DNA of 62,607 nucleotides, filler included, from Stramenopiles sp. TOSAG23-3 (Eukaryota), in NCBI GenBank assembly GCA_900128585.1. It is 9 parts of 9 records of this genome, joined end to end, with 100 filler letters (N's around TTAATTAATTAA, not from the genome) between each part and the next. Parts side by side here need not be neighbours in the genome. Positions count along the whole stretch, not along the records: positions 11,141 to 22,125 come from LT642766.1; positions 22,226 to 33,209 come from LT642767.1; 7 more parts are not named here. One strand, written 5' to 3'. Of the stretch, positions 11,155 to 22,226 are shown one piece after another. The translations under genes were made by a program, and so were the position numbers. Each line of letters starts with the position of its first letter. Positions within the stretch are counted from its first letter, which is position 1. Below the pieces are notes generated by a model. The model made no database searches and had not been told where the DNA came from. It was given only the letters and a program-made list of their open reading frames with translations.

Positions 11155-11218
11155 ATGTGGGAAGAAATTAAAGGAAGGTTCATGATATGTGGGAAGAAAT
11201 TAAAGGAAGGTTCATGAT
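11155..11218. repeat. 32-bp direct tandem duplication
   Basis: ATGTGGGAAGAAATTAAAGGAAGGTTCATGAT x2 near the contig end. Confidence 0.85.
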
Positions 11219-11353
11219 ACGTGAGAAAATGCTGCCTTGCATACTTTATCATTACCTTCCTCTTGGCAAACATTCAATACATTTATTATTATCAGCATAA
11301 TCGCACACAAAATATAAATTATTTTGTAGTTCAGGTCGGGCATACTTTACAGC

Positions 11354-12607
11354 ATGGCCTCGTATCTGGCAAACAAAATAAAACAAATTGGCGGAGCTGC
11401 GGAAGGGGGAGGGGCGGGGGTTGTGGACATTTCGTATGTGACGCCGCGGGTGATTGCTACGAGCCAACCAGGCACGAAGAACAAGAGGTCAACGTTCGGG
11501 TTTAATTTGCAAAGTCACAGTGTCAGTGAACTTGCCGCTGTTCTGAATAAGAAACATGGTGGCTGTTACATGGTCTGGAACTTATCGCAAAACGCGTACG
11601 ACTACGAAAAGTTTGAAGGGGCCACAGTCTTGGACAACTACGGCTGGGAGGATGGCCTCGCCCCTCCTTTGCAAACACTCTTTTCTATTTGTCAGTCGAT
11701 GGAAACTTGGCTCCAGGCAGGTGAATCGAACGTTTGTGTAGTCCACTGTTCAACGGGAAAGGGGAGAACGGGCACTGCCATTGCAAGCTTCCTTCTCTAC
11801 AGTCAATACAGAAGCAGCACCCTAGAAGCACTTCGTCATTTTGCCGTTCACCGCTCAGGCACTGGTGTGTTGAGGCCCTCGCAGCGGCGGTACGTCAACT
11901 ATGTCAAGGACATGTTGGCAGGGACGGCAAACCCTATATCCCCTGCACTTATTATCCGCAGGTTGGTCATTACCCCAGTCCCTGAATGTGAGCCGGATGG
12001 TTCAGCGACGATTGCAATAGAGATTTTGCAGGGGGAGAGGAGGGCCTGTGTATTTAGCAGCCTTCCCGAATCCGCGCAGGCGGTTGTGGGCACCACGCTT
12101 GGCACGCGCAGGGCATCCAGCTCGAAAGATATCCTGGATGTTCCATCTCACGCACGCCTGGGAGTAGGTTTGAAGCGGCCGTCTACCCCCCGAACGACGC
12201 GCAATTTCGAGGGCTGCGTTGTCCATGACTTTGGGTCCCTGGCCGTCTCGGATGACATTGTCATCAACATTTATCATCTGAGTCGAACCCGGCCATTGCT
12301 GATAGGGCGCGCCTGTTTAAACGTTGCATTTGCCCCCACGAACGGAGTGCTGAAGATAGACAAACCAAACATTGATATTGCCTGTGAAAACACCAAAGTT
12401 TTCGGTCCCAATTCGTCGCTCCAAATAGCTTTCTCCAACGCAAACTCTCCGCAAGAAAAGCAATTAGTCATTGACCTTGCAGGCAACGGGCGGAAGCGTG
12501 GTCGGTGGAAAAACATTTTAAATTCATTGCACAACCATTTGTACAGCGACACAAAACTCAGTGGGTACCAACAGTACGACGAAAAAGCGGGTGGGGACGC
12601 GCACTAG
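11354..12607 (+). CDS. PTEN/tensin-type phosphatase with C2 domain
   Basis: DISYVTPRVIA, YMVWNLS, P-loop HCSTGKGRTG, RPSQRRYV, then a PTEN-type C2 domain (DDIVINIYH, IDKPNID). Confidence 0.88.
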   Translation: MASYLANKIKQIGGAAEGGGAGVVDISYVTPRVIATSQPGTKNKRSTFGFNLQSHSVSELAAVLNKKHGGCYMVWNLSQNAYDYEKFEGATVLDNYGWEDGLAPPLQTLFSICQSMETWLQAGESNVCVVHCSTGKGRTGTAIASFLLYSQYRSSTLEALRHFAVHRSGTGVLRPSQRRYVNYVKDMLAGTANPISPALIIRRLVITPVPECEPDGSATIAIEILQGERRACVFSSLPESAQAVVGTTLGTRRASSSKDILDVPSHARLGVGLKRPSTPRTTRNFEGCVVHDFGSLAVSDDIVINIYHLSRTRPLLIGRACLNVAFAPTNGVLKIDKPNIDIACENTKVFGPNSSLQIAFSNANSPQEKQLVIDLAGNGRKRGRWKNILNSLHNHLYSDTKLSGYQQYDEKAGGDAH

Positions 12608-12954
12608 CCAGCGAAAGCGATTGTTAACCTGTTAAGTCGCGCAGGTGAGCGTAAATGGCCAGTGAAAGTAGGCAGGTCCGTACGGCGAACGGAAAGAGAA
12701 TCGGTTCGTTAGTTTCATCGGATCTGTGTGTCGGTGTAAATAAAAACAGAAATTTTAAAAATAGCGCAACGGATGACAAACGTCGCGTGTAGACTGAATG
12801 AATAAAAACCGATGTAACATTATAACATTTTGTGCAGATAATATGCATTCTTTCATTAATTGTCAGTTTAACCCAGCACGATTCTGCCCTTTTGTCGTCG
12901 CCGTAAATGCGCCAAGGCACGCGGGGACCCAACGCTCGATTATTAATTTAGAAA

Positions 12955-14229
12955 TTAACCCATCCGCAACTGGTACTCTCCGTTCTGTGTAATGTATCTG
13001 ACCCACGGTAGCGCAGTGTACCCACTTTTTTCGATAATTTTCAGGTACCGAACTTGAATGCCCGAGACTGTAAAGTATGGGATTTCAAAATTGACGGAGA
13101 TGGGTTTCTTCCAATCCGTGTTGTCTCGGTCGCTGGTGGAGGGCAGTCCAAAGTGCGCCCGCATGAGGTACTCCCTGGACCCGTAGAACTGCTTGATACT
13201 CCACATCACACAGTCCTTGTCCGGGATGTACGTCACCGTTCCTATGCTGGCTTTAAAACTAGGGCTATCGACATCGTTCGGAACAGGGATGAAAATCTCC
13301 ACGTTGTTTGCTATTGAGCGAGACTTGAACTGAGATTTCGCCTTGATCATGTACTCGATGCGGCTCCCGTGCGGCTCCACGACGGTTTCCACCCAAATCA
13401 GTGGCTTCACGTGCGTGCTCAGACGGTACGTCAGCAAGTCGAACTCCCCGTCCGGGGGGATGAACGAAATGGTGCGGTCGTTCTCGAACCGTGCCAAGCG
13501 CACGCACTGGTGGAACTTGATGTCCTCCATCATGACCGCCTTTCCCCTGGAATAGTTCCGACCCGTCATCTCAAACATCAACTTATCGTTCAATCCTAGT
13601 TTTAACTCTGGCATACCACTCAGGTACGATTTCATCCGCACGGCGCCGTTGATTTCGGAATGCAGCACGGTCCCGTTGCTAGCGACTAACAAGTTTAACT
13701 TTTCTATGACATCGAGAAAGATCTCGTTTTTACGATGTTTGATGCCTTCGCTACGCCACGAGACGGCGTTGGTCAGGGAGATCGGCGGTTTCACCTGCTC
13801 CGTCTTGCTCTTCAGCCCTTGCTGCATGATGAACTCTTTCAAAATTTTATGTTCGGTGGTCTGGGGGTACCCGAAATCCATCATTTCGTCCATCAGCTCG
13901 TAGATAACGACGAAGTTGTCGCGGATCGACTCCTCGGTGATTTCCCCAAAATACTGTTGGAACACGTTGCAAATGTGGTCCAGGTACAGCAATATTACCG
14001 TCACGTTGGCGTTCTTCTTCGTAAGGGCCAGCAGGTACACGTTGTTTTTCTTCACGCAGGCGTACGTGACGCCGTTGTCCGTGAACACGGGCTTGACGTC
14101 CGCGTCGTCAGCGTTTTGTATCCGCTGGCTAAACGTTTCGGTGCTGTTCATTGGGATGTCCCCGCGGTAGTTTCGCGATATCAGCACCTTGCCTTTCAGA
14201 TCTGTTATAATAACGGCCGAGGCAACCAT
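12955..14229 (-). CDS. AP1M1: AP-1 complex subunit mu
   Basis: ISRNYRGD, EESIRDNFVVIYELMDEMMDFGYPQ, SYLSGMPELKLGLND, FHQCVRL, ISFIPPDGEF, FEIPYFTVSGIQVRYLKIIEKSGY. Confidence 0.97.
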   Translation of the reverse strand: MVASAVIITDLKGKVLISRNYRGDIPMNSTETFSQRIQNADDADVKPVFTDNGVTYACVKKNNVYLLALTKKNANVTVILLYLDHICNVFQQYFGEITEESIRDNFVVIYELMDEMMDFGYPQTTEHKILKEFIMQQGLKSKTEQVKPPISLTNAVSWRSEGIKHRKNEIFLDVIEKLNLLVASNGTVLHSEINGAVRMKSYLSGMPELKLGLNDKLMFEMTGRNYSRGKAVMMEDIKFHQCVRLARFENDRTISFIPPDGEFDLLTYRLSTHVKPLIWVETVVEPHGSRIEYMIKAKSQFKSRSIANNVEIFIPVPNDVDSPSFKASIGTVTYIPDKDCVMWSIKQFYGSREYLMRAHFGLPSTSDRDNTDWKKPISVNFEIPYFTVSGIQVRYLKIIEKSGYTALPWVRYITQNGEYQLRMG

Positions 14230-14574
14230 GCTTGAATTGTTCGGACGGACGGTCGGTCGGTCGGTTGGTCGTACCGGCAGCGCACTGCGTGTGTATGTGA
14301 ATATTTAATGTGCCTCCTACGGACGGACGGACGGACGGACGGATGGAAGAGTATCGAATAAGATTTGTGCCAAAACAATCTCAAAACGCACTCACACGAA
14401 AGGGACGACAGGGTAACGGTCTCTCTTTTCTCACTTGTGTTTGGGAACAAAAGCTATTTATAAATTACTTAAAGAGAGAAACTACCTATGTGTATAGAAG
14501 ATACAGATTTAACAATTATTTTAAATAATAAATGTAATAATTATTATTTATAATAATAATAATAAAGAAGAGAT

Positions 14575-14905
14575 AGAAGAAGAAGAAGCTTCAGAGGAAC
14601 CAAGTATATAGAAAAAAAGAAGAAGAACGAACGAACGAAGAAGAAAGAAGAAGAAGAGAAAAAGAAAAAAATAGAATGAAAAAAATTGAGAAGAGAAGAA
14701 GAGAAGAAGAAGAAGAAGAAAGAAGAACAAGAACAAGACGAGAAAGAAGAAGAAGAAGAAAAAGAAGAAGAAAAAGAAGAAGAAGAAGAAGAAGAAGAAG
14801 AAGAAAGAAGAAGAAGAAGAAGAAGAAAGAAGAAGAAGAAGAAGAAGAAGAGAAGAAGAAGAAGAAGAAGAAGAAGAAAGAAGAAGAAAGAAGAAGAAGA
14901 AGAGA
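14575..14905. repeat. degenerate (GAA)n microsatellite
   Basis: Long purine-rich simple repeat seen directly. Confidence 0.95.
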
Positions 14906-15549
14906 GAGAGGAGAGGGGAGGCAATGTGTTAAGGAGAGGAGATTAATGTATTTCATATCTTATGTTATTTTGATCGTATTATTCGAAGGAGAGGAAAGCG
15001 AAGAAGAAAGAAGAAAGAAGAAAGGGGGGGAGGGAAAGAATATTCAAAATATATACCTATTTATATTAATATTAAATGTACTTAATAGATAAATATTATA
15101 CAGTAATATAAATTATAATAATAGTGTACATATATAGTCTATACCAATTAAATATTCATTTTACCTATAATTAAATTAGTTACAGTTAAAGTATAGACAG
15201 TATAGCATTAAAAATTAAAAAAATATTGCTAGAAGATAGAAGATAGAAGATAGAAGAAGAAAATCTAATCAAAGTGTGTGGTGGGTGTTCTGTGGTTCGA
15301 GAGTGTTTCTTTTCGTTCTTCTTTTTTTTTTATTATTGTAGTATTTTTCTATTTTTTTATTAGCGTTTTAGCTTTTTGTATTTTTCCTTCTTCTTCTTTC
15401 CTATTCTTTCTATTAGTATATATATATTTAATACTGCTATTTCCATGTTGTCTTCTATCTAACTGGGCATTCTTTGTTCATCTGTTTTGTTGGTACCCGT
15501 TATAGTATGTATGCCCCTTGCTCTTCTCTTCCTTCCTTCACCCTTTCTT

Positions 15550-15554
15550 CTTTT

Positions 15555-15591
<37 letters not shown>

Positions 15592-15595
15592 TTTT

Positions 15596-15666
<71 letters not shown>
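15550..15666. repeat. (TTTC)n microsatellite
   Basis: Seen directly. Confidence 0.95.
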
Positions 15667-15667
<1 letters not shown>

Positions 15668-15810
15668 GAAATATAACAAAAATATATAAATAATTGGAAT
15701 AACAGTAACATAGCAAAGGGTAGTTCAATATTGCGAAATCATATATAATTAAGGTAGTAGGATATAATAAATCAATAAAAAAGACTTCGTGTTCGATTAA
15801 AATTAAATTC

Positions 15811-15926
15811 AAGCCTTTGCCACGATGTTCCGCCTGTGCCGAACCACAGCTCCTCCCCCGCCTGCTTTACCGTCTGAATGCGTACGCGTATCGTTAGCAT
15901 GGGCGGGATTTCCGAAGGGACGAATC
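15811..15926. ncRNA. candidate structured ncRNA or regulatory island (family unidentified)
   Basis: Isolated GC-rich island of about 115 nt in a very AT-rich spacer. Stems: CTGTG/CACAG (15834-15849) and CCCGCC-TGCT/AGCA-tg-GGCGGG (15857-15907). No snRNA, snoRNA or 5S signature recognised. Confidence 0.25.
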
Positions 15927-16457
15927 TTATAAATCATTATCCTTAATTATGGATTATTTCTCAAGCAACTTTTTAATAATTAGAAAGAAGAAGAAGAAGA
16001 AGAAAAAGAAGGAAAAAAAAAAAAGATATTTTTTCTTCTTCAATCAACACAGACTACAATACAGGATCACACCAAAGGCATTAATTAAAAAAAAGATGAT
16101 GAAGAGAAGAAGAAGAGAAGAAGAAGGACGAACGATGAGAATATTATTTTAATATTATAATAATTAGAGGAGAAAAGAAAAAAAGGATTTATATATTGAA
16201 GTTTACATATCTTAATACCAATAACCAACAAGTAAGCATTTGGATCAAACAACAAAGAGAGAAAACCTATTTTCAAGGTGGGAGAAAAAAAACTTATTGA
16301 ACTTATACATATATACCCACGGCTTTGCCTATCGCTGTTTAAGGGCAAGATCGTTCCGCCGACGCCACCGCCGCGCGCACCACCTGGAAACGTAGTTTGT
16401 TAGGGGCTCCTCGGCTTGTATGGGAAGAAACTTTAAACCTATACCTCACGACCAAAC

Positions 16458-18359
16458 ATGCCGCAGAACGATAGTCATATAGTAGAGCTGGAGTCGTGGC
16501 ACGCCAGTGCATTTCATTGTGGGTTAAAGAGGGTACACCAGCGCATCGGAAACCAGCCCATGATGCAGTTGAAATTTGTGGCCAACAACAGCACCCTTGT
16601 TATAGAGTGGGGGGAAGTCCGCACCCCGTCGGTCAAGGACCCGCTCCGCCTGGCAACGGACGAGTTCGCGCTAGGCGAAAACTGGACGCTCAAGGGAAGG
16701 CTCGTCATCCGCCACGAAGACATTGCGGCGGCCACCGTCCGGGGGGGCAGCGGGGCGCTTTTCTTGGACCTTCGGCGCCAACCCTCCCTTCGCTGGGGCG
16801 AGCAGACCTGGAACTCGAAGATGAAACGGAACAACCGGACCCAGTGGGTTCCGACGGAGCCGCAAACGCCGGCGGAGTCGCGGTGGCCCATGCAGTTCAG
16901 GGCCTTGAAGGCCGGGACCCTCCTTTCGTTCCTGCCAAAATCAAAGCACATGAAGAAACTGCTTCACCTCGCAGACCTGCTCATTGGCAGTGCACCACGG
17001 ATGAAAGTGCAGCCCGGCAGCAAGGTCGAGGACACGGTGGTCGCCGCGTGCCGCCAAATAGCCCGTTTTCTGAAGAAGAAGACGGATTCCATGGACAAGC
17101 GAAAGCCCACTTCGCCCAGGGGAGGGTACAGCAGCCCAAAGAAGCGGGTCAAAGCGTCCCGGCTTGGGGCTTCCAGCAAGGTCCCGTCCCTGGGCGGCGC
17201 CCCGTCGTTCGGGGACATGGTCGATTCTATTTTCAACAGTGATGCCGACTACGGGGCTGGTAGTGCATCGTCGCAGCAGGCGTCCTCGTCGGGCAGTGGT
17301 GGGGGCCTGAAGACGCCGAAGCGCTTGGCTGACGAGCGCACCGTCGGGCGGTCCCAGTCCACTCCGGGGACCATCACCTCAAAGCACGGTCAGAAAAGTG
17401 GCAAGAAGTCCCGGGGTGCGTCGTCGAACGACAAACCGCGGGCAAAGAAACGTCAAAAGCCAGCGATGTCCCACGCCTCGATGGGCATTACCATGCGCGA
17501 GTTCAACCTGCTGAAGCCGGCCCCCGTAGTCAGCGACTTGGAAGAGATCGTTAGAGAGGTCGGCCACCTGGCCGACAAGAACTGGGATGGAAGGGCTTCC
17601 GTCAAGCAGGCTGGCTTTGTCGTCGCGTTCTTCAAGAAAATAGAAGCCCCCATTCAAAGTGTGATCGACGTAGGCGTGGTGAAGGGCAAAGGGCAGCAGC
17701 GGTGCCATGAGCTCCTGCTGGCGATCGCCGAAGTGTGGTCCAAATTGAAAGCCGTCAAGGTGGCCGGGGGCGTGAAGGACCTGCTGAAGAATCAGCACGG
17801 CGCCTCCATACAGCTGACGGTTCCGCGCGGATTGATCCAAATCCCCGGCGTGGGCCCGGATCTACCCGCCACAAGCGCCAAAGAGAGCCACGACATGTTC
17901 ATTCGCGCACGGGACGGGCACGTGGACCGCGCGCTCATGGAAGCGTGGAGAATGCTCTTGATCGCCGCCGCCGAGGCCACGGACGCGTTCGGGTATGCCC
18001 ACGTTTCGGACAGCGCCATCTTTCAGTTTATCAAAGACGTCGTTGACTCTTTTCCACACTTGGGGGTAAAGATGATTCTGCAAACCGATGGAAGGCATGG
18101 TAGGCTCCTGTCCCTGTTCAACCAGCGCGGGCAATGGGAATGCTTGCCGAGCATGAACAAAGGCTCCCCGTTCTCCACCCCCGACGGGGGGTCAATATTC
18201 ACGGTGGCCAGTGCCGGGCCGAGCGCGCAGGCCCACTTGCCAGATAAGGACAAGTACATGTCTCAGATGTACCTTCGTCAGACTGCACCGCACATTCGAA
18301 ACATCAAGCGCTCGGATTCATGGGATAGTTTCCTTGGGGCCGACGATTCACCGTACTGA
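16458..18359 (+). CDS. hypothetical protein (633 aa)
   Basis: Long ATG-initiated GC3-rich ORF with a basic/Ser-rich middle and NLS-like PKKRVK; no recognised domain. Confidence 0.75.
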   Translation: MPQNDSHIVELESWHASAFHCGLKRVHQRIGNQPMMQLKFVANNSTLVIEWGEVRTPSVKDPLRLATDEFALGENWTLKGRLVIRHEDIAAATVRGGSGALFLDLRRQPSLRWGEQTWNSKMKRNNRTQWVPTEPQTPAESRWPMQFRALKAGTLLSFLPKSKHMKKLLHLADLLIGSAPRMKVQPGSKVEDTVVAACRQIARFLKKKTDSMDKRKPTSPRGGYSSPKKRVKASRLGASSKVPSLGGAPSFGDMVDSIFNSDADYGAGSASSQQASSSGSGGGLKTPKRLADERTVGRSQSTPGTITSKHGQKSGKKSRGASSNDKPRAKKRQKPAMSHASMGITMREFNLLKPAPVVSDLEEIVREVGHLADKNWDGRASVKQAGFVVAFFKKIEAPIQSVIDVGVVKGKGQQRCHELLLAIAEVWSKLKAVKVAGGVKDLLKNQHGASIQLTVPRGLIQIPGVGPDLPATSAKESHDMFIRARDGHVDRALMEAWRMLLIAAAEATDAFGYAHVSDSAIFQFIKDVVDSFPHLGVKMILQTDGRHGRLLSLFNQRGQWECLPSMNKGSPFSTPDGGSIFTVASAGPSAQAHLPDKDKYMSQMYLRQTAPHIRNIKRSDSWDSFLGADDSPY

Positions 18360-18555
18360 GGCCGGGGGGCGCTGCGTTTGGTGGACTAAATGTGTGAGTG
18401 CAACCGTGGTCCGACAACCCCTCGGCACTATCGTCCGTGCGTGGGGGCGGGTTGGGCCCGTTTTCGTTAAAAAAAAATGTTCTTTAAATAATTCAAATGA
18501 TAAGTTAATATGTTTTAGTATGAAAAAAATTATGCCGTGCAAGCTGCGGTCAATG

Positions 18556-18837
18556 TTACGCAGTGGCGATTTCTTCCGACCCCGTGCTGCTGTCCACAGC
18601 GGGGTCCACGTATGGACCTAGCTTAAACTCCGCTAAGTTTTCCGGGGGCACAATTGTCATTCTCTTGGAAACGTCAGCCACAAAAATACCTTTTGAATTC
18701 ACCGTACCGCCCTTCCGGGCCCCCTTTCCTTTGTAGTACCTCCGATTCATGCGCTTCGGCGTTGTATTTCCTATCCTATTCTGCCGTCTACTAAATTTCC
18801 CAAGCACCGGAACCGTGCTTCGAAACACACTACTCAT
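18556..18837 (-). CDS. MRPL41: mitochondrial ribosomal protein mL41 (MRP-L27 family)
   Basis: TPKRMNRRYYKGKGARKGG...KGIF...FKLGPYV matches the family pattern. Confidence 0.85.
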   Translation of the reverse strand: MSSVFRSTVPVLGKFSRRQNRIGNTTPKRMNRRYYKGKGARKGGTVNSKGIFVADVSKRMTIVPPENLAEFKLGPYVDPAVDSSTGSEEIATA

Positions 18838-19748
18838 AATTGCGCCGTACGTATGTATCTACACTTGTGTAGGGAGCGGCCAGGCACGTAGAAAGAATCA
18901 ACGAAAACTACTAGAATATATGGGAACACTTGAAAATGAGAGACGAAGAAGAATCGTTTCACAACTTATCACGATGCATATGCATATTGCTAAATATCAT
19001 ATGTTGACTTACTTATTGAGGAGACTGCCTACCGCCGGAAGAAGAAGAAGAAGAAGAAGAAGAAAAAAGAAGAAGAAGAGAACGAAGGAAAGGGACGACA
19101 CCCCACCATCCACAACATTCGTTTAAATACTACGTACTACAGGGAAACAGGGAGGGAAAAAAGAATGAATAAAATAATATAATAAAAATTTAAAAAAAGG
19201 AGAAGAAAGAAGAAAGAAGCAAGAACATCATTCACCTTTTGTCTATTTTTAATACACTATTGTTTTGTTTAGTTATATATAGTAGTCTCTTTTCTTTTGG
19301 AGGACTATAATTGAATATAGGCTAGTTAGCCCTATATAGTATAGTACTATACATGTATATATATAATATAATAAGTATACACCCTCTATATAGTCTAATA
19401 TAGGCCTATTTTTTATATTATTATTCTCTTTCTTCTTCTCTTTCTTTTTTTTTTTTCTTCTTTTTTTTTCTTCGTTCTTCTATAAATAATATCTTCCTCT
19501 TCTTCTCTACTATAATATTAATACTAAAAACCGTCGCAATCGAAATACCGAAATCAACAATAAATGCAATGAAACATTCTCAGATAGGAAAGAGTATTCT
19601 TCAACTTCGTAAACTAATTTAACATGTATTTTAATTTATTTTTTCAGATTGAAACGTCCGTAGAGTTATCACCCCAACGAAGATAGGTGGCGACACGTTT
19701 TGTCTGGACCGGCGGCAATGGATCCTTAGATATACCTAAGTGAATCTA

Positions 19749-21863
19749 ATGAGCGAGGCAAGTCAGGGTCCGCGGAAAAAGCGAAGACTTTCAAGGTTAA
19801 GCCTGTCATACGTCAAAACGACTGCTTTGTCATCTGGAAGAAACGAAGATAATAGAAGTGGCAATGGACACTCGATTACAATCGATCCAGTGCAGGAAAA
19901 TTCCGCCCAAGCGGTGAACGGCACAGAAGAGGACTTCGAAACAGAAGAGAGCCCCACTTTGGTCACGCTCACCCAGGACCAAATAATAAATAGCGACGAG
20001 GACTGCTCTGACAACCAGTTCTGGACTATTTCTGACGAAGAAGCCGGTGACCAGGGCGACGACGTGGGCGTATGCGATGTTGGGTCCACCCAACTAAATG
20101 CCGACATGTTGCCCAGTAGCCCCTTCTTTGCAGTTTCCCCGACCCAGTTGCGCAAGTCTTCGCCAGCGAGTAAGGGAGGCCCAGCGGAAAGTTCAGCGAA
20201 TGGCCCCAGCGTACCGAAACCCACGCTGGCCCTACAGGTCACTCCTCCGCCAAGCCCAGCGCCTTTTGTGAAACGGGTGTTGGGAGATGGCCCAATGGAC
20301 GGCCTATACTGGAGGTGTGGTTTTTGCGGCAATCTGGTACCCCAACACTACGTAGTGTTTTCCTCCAAAATTGTAGAAAAGAGAATTGTTCACTTCCGAA
20401 AGTGCGCGAAGGGGATGCAGCATGCCGACATAAAGTCGCCCTACGGAAGAAACGCCTCCACGCCGAAAAGTCGCGAATCCGCGTCGGCGTCCGCATCGCC
20501 GGAAATGGGGCTGACGCAGAGAAATGCGTTCACCGTTATGATGGAGGCCGCATCTCCCCCGAGGAGTGGCAAGTCGGGGAGTGGCGGCAGTGTGAGCAAA
20601 GCATCCGTGCCGGCAAGCAATCGCCCGTCGAAGCAGAATGCATTTTCCGTTTTGATGGCCAAAAAGGCGGCAGCCAAAGCGCCCACAAAGAAAGTAGGGG
20701 TGACTACTCGCAGGTCCGGCTGGGGACGACGGGTCGCAAAGGACCCATCCCGTGTCCCGAGTTTCAAACTATTGCCCATCGGGGGAAACGCGTTTCCAAT
20801 TGTAATCGACGGCTTTCAATATGCGAGCGAAAGCCTCAGCAATGTATATTTTTTGAGCCACTTCCACTCCGATCACTACATCGGGCTAAAAAAGTCGTTT
20901 TCCGCAGGTACAATATACTGCACCGAGGTCACGGCGAAACTAGTCCTGCAACGGTTCAAGCTCAATCCACGGTACGTGAGAGGACTGAAGATGGACCGCC
21001 CCGTTAAACTAGAATGCGGCGTGGTCGTAACGCTGATGAATGCAAACCATTGCCCGGGGTCGTGCATCATGCTTTTTCAAGTGAAGAACAAGTTTCACCT
21101 TCATGTTGGCGATTTTAGGTTTCTCCCAACAATGCCCCTTCACCCTGCGTTTGCAAACAACCCGATCATCGACCGCCTGTACTTAGACACTACCTATTGC
21201 GATCCTAAGTATGACTTTCCACCCCAGGTCCAGGCTGTAAAGAGCACTATAAGCGCCCTGGAACGGCACGGTGCTTCCGCTTTGCGCGGAGGACGGAAGA
21301 GGGGCAAAACGCTCTTTCTCTTCGGTTCGTACTCGATTGGGAAGGAGAAAATATTTATGGCATGCGCACGACATTTTGGTGTCAAGGTGCACGTCACGTC
21401 CGCAAAGATGAGAATGATCAATTGCTTCATGTGGGAGAAAAAGGACATGGACTGCCTGACTAGAAACATAGAATCAACAGACTTCCATGTTGTCTCTATG
21501 GGCCAAATTAATTTTAAACGCCTAGGCATCTACCTGTCGTCATTGCGTCGAAAGTACGACAATGTCGTTGCCATTCGACCCACGGGGTGGGCATTTGGGG
21601 GGCGTGGATATGGCGGTAGGAGCAGGGCAAAAAAGGACGCTGGGGGGCTAGATTCAAATGGAATAAGTAGCATTACGAGCAATCGCATTGGTAACGGAGG
21701 GACGAACGCCACAATTTACGGAATCGCATACTCAGAACATTCATCCTTTAGTGAATTGCAGCACAGCATTCGTGCATTCAAACCATTCCACGTCATTCCG
21801 ACGGTCAATGCGTACACTCAATCTGCAGTACGGCAAATGCTTTTATTGCTAGGGGTCTCTTGA
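19749..21863 (+). CDS. DCLRE1A: SNM1/PSO2 DNA cross-link repair nuclease (beta-CASP metallo-beta-lactamase)
   Basis: FLSHFHSDHY, ANHCPGS, HVGDFR, LYLDTTY, YSIGKEK, PTGW, YSEHSS, IPTVN; N-terminal UBZ-like CGFC...H...C. Confidence 0.92.
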   Translation: MSEASQGPRKKRRLSRLSLSYVKTTALSSGRNEDNRSGNGHSITIDPVQENSAQAVNGTEEDFETEESPTLVTLTQDQIINSDEDCSDNQFWTISDEEAGDQGDDVGVCDVGSTQLNADMLPSSPFFAVSPTQLRKSSPASKGGPAESSANGPSVPKPTLALQVTPPPSPAPFVKRVLGDGPMDGLYWRCGFCGNLVPQHYVVFSSKIVEKRIVHFRKCAKGMQHADIKSPYGRNASTPKSRESASASASPEMGLTQRNAFTVMMEAASPPRSGKSGSGGSVSKASVPASNRPSKQNAFSVLMAKKAAAKAPTKKVGVTTRRSGWGRRVAKDPSRVPSFKLLPIGGNAFPIVIDGFQYASESLSNVYFLSHFHSDHYIGLKKSFSAGTIYCTEVTAKLVLQRFKLNPRYVRGLKMDRPVKLECGVVVTLMNANHCPGSCIMLFQVKNKFHLHVGDFRFLPTMPLHPAFANNPIIDRLYLDTTYCDPKYDFPPQVQAVKSTISALERHGASALRGGRKRGKTLFLFGSYSIGKEKIFMACARHFGVKVHVTSAKMRMINCFMWEKKDMDCLTRNIESTDFHVVSMGQINFKRLGIYLSSLRRKYDNVVAIRPTGWAFGGRGYGGRSRAKKDAGGLDSNGISSITSNRIGNGGTNATIYGIAYSEHSSFSELQHSIRAFKPFHVIPTVNAYTQSAVRQMLLLLGVS

Positions 21864-22226
21864 TCGTCATAGGTGCTATCTTGCATTTCAGTAAGATAGT
21901 AGAAAACTGTATATATAATATAAGAAATAATTTAATTTTCAAACGATACTCCAATAAAAAACTATGTCATTTCTTACTTCAAAAAAAGAGGGGAAAAAAT
22001 TATTTTAAAAAATTATTTTTTAAGCAAACCACCACACAACCTCCTTCCGCCGTCCCGGTTCAGCAGCTTCTTCAGGGCGAAATAGGTTACAATATTATTA
22101 TGTATTAGGGATTGTAACCACTAAANNNNNNNNNNNNNNNNNNNNNNNNNNNNNNNNNNNNNNNNNNNNTTAATTAATTAANNNNNNNNNNNNNNNNNNN
22201 NNNNNNNNNNNNNNNNNNNNNNNNNG

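Noticed and set aside
14544-15092. Poly-K/E/R and poly-F/S/L ORFs (also 5992-6225, 15459-15812, 43753-43965)
   Set aside because: Translations of microsatellites.
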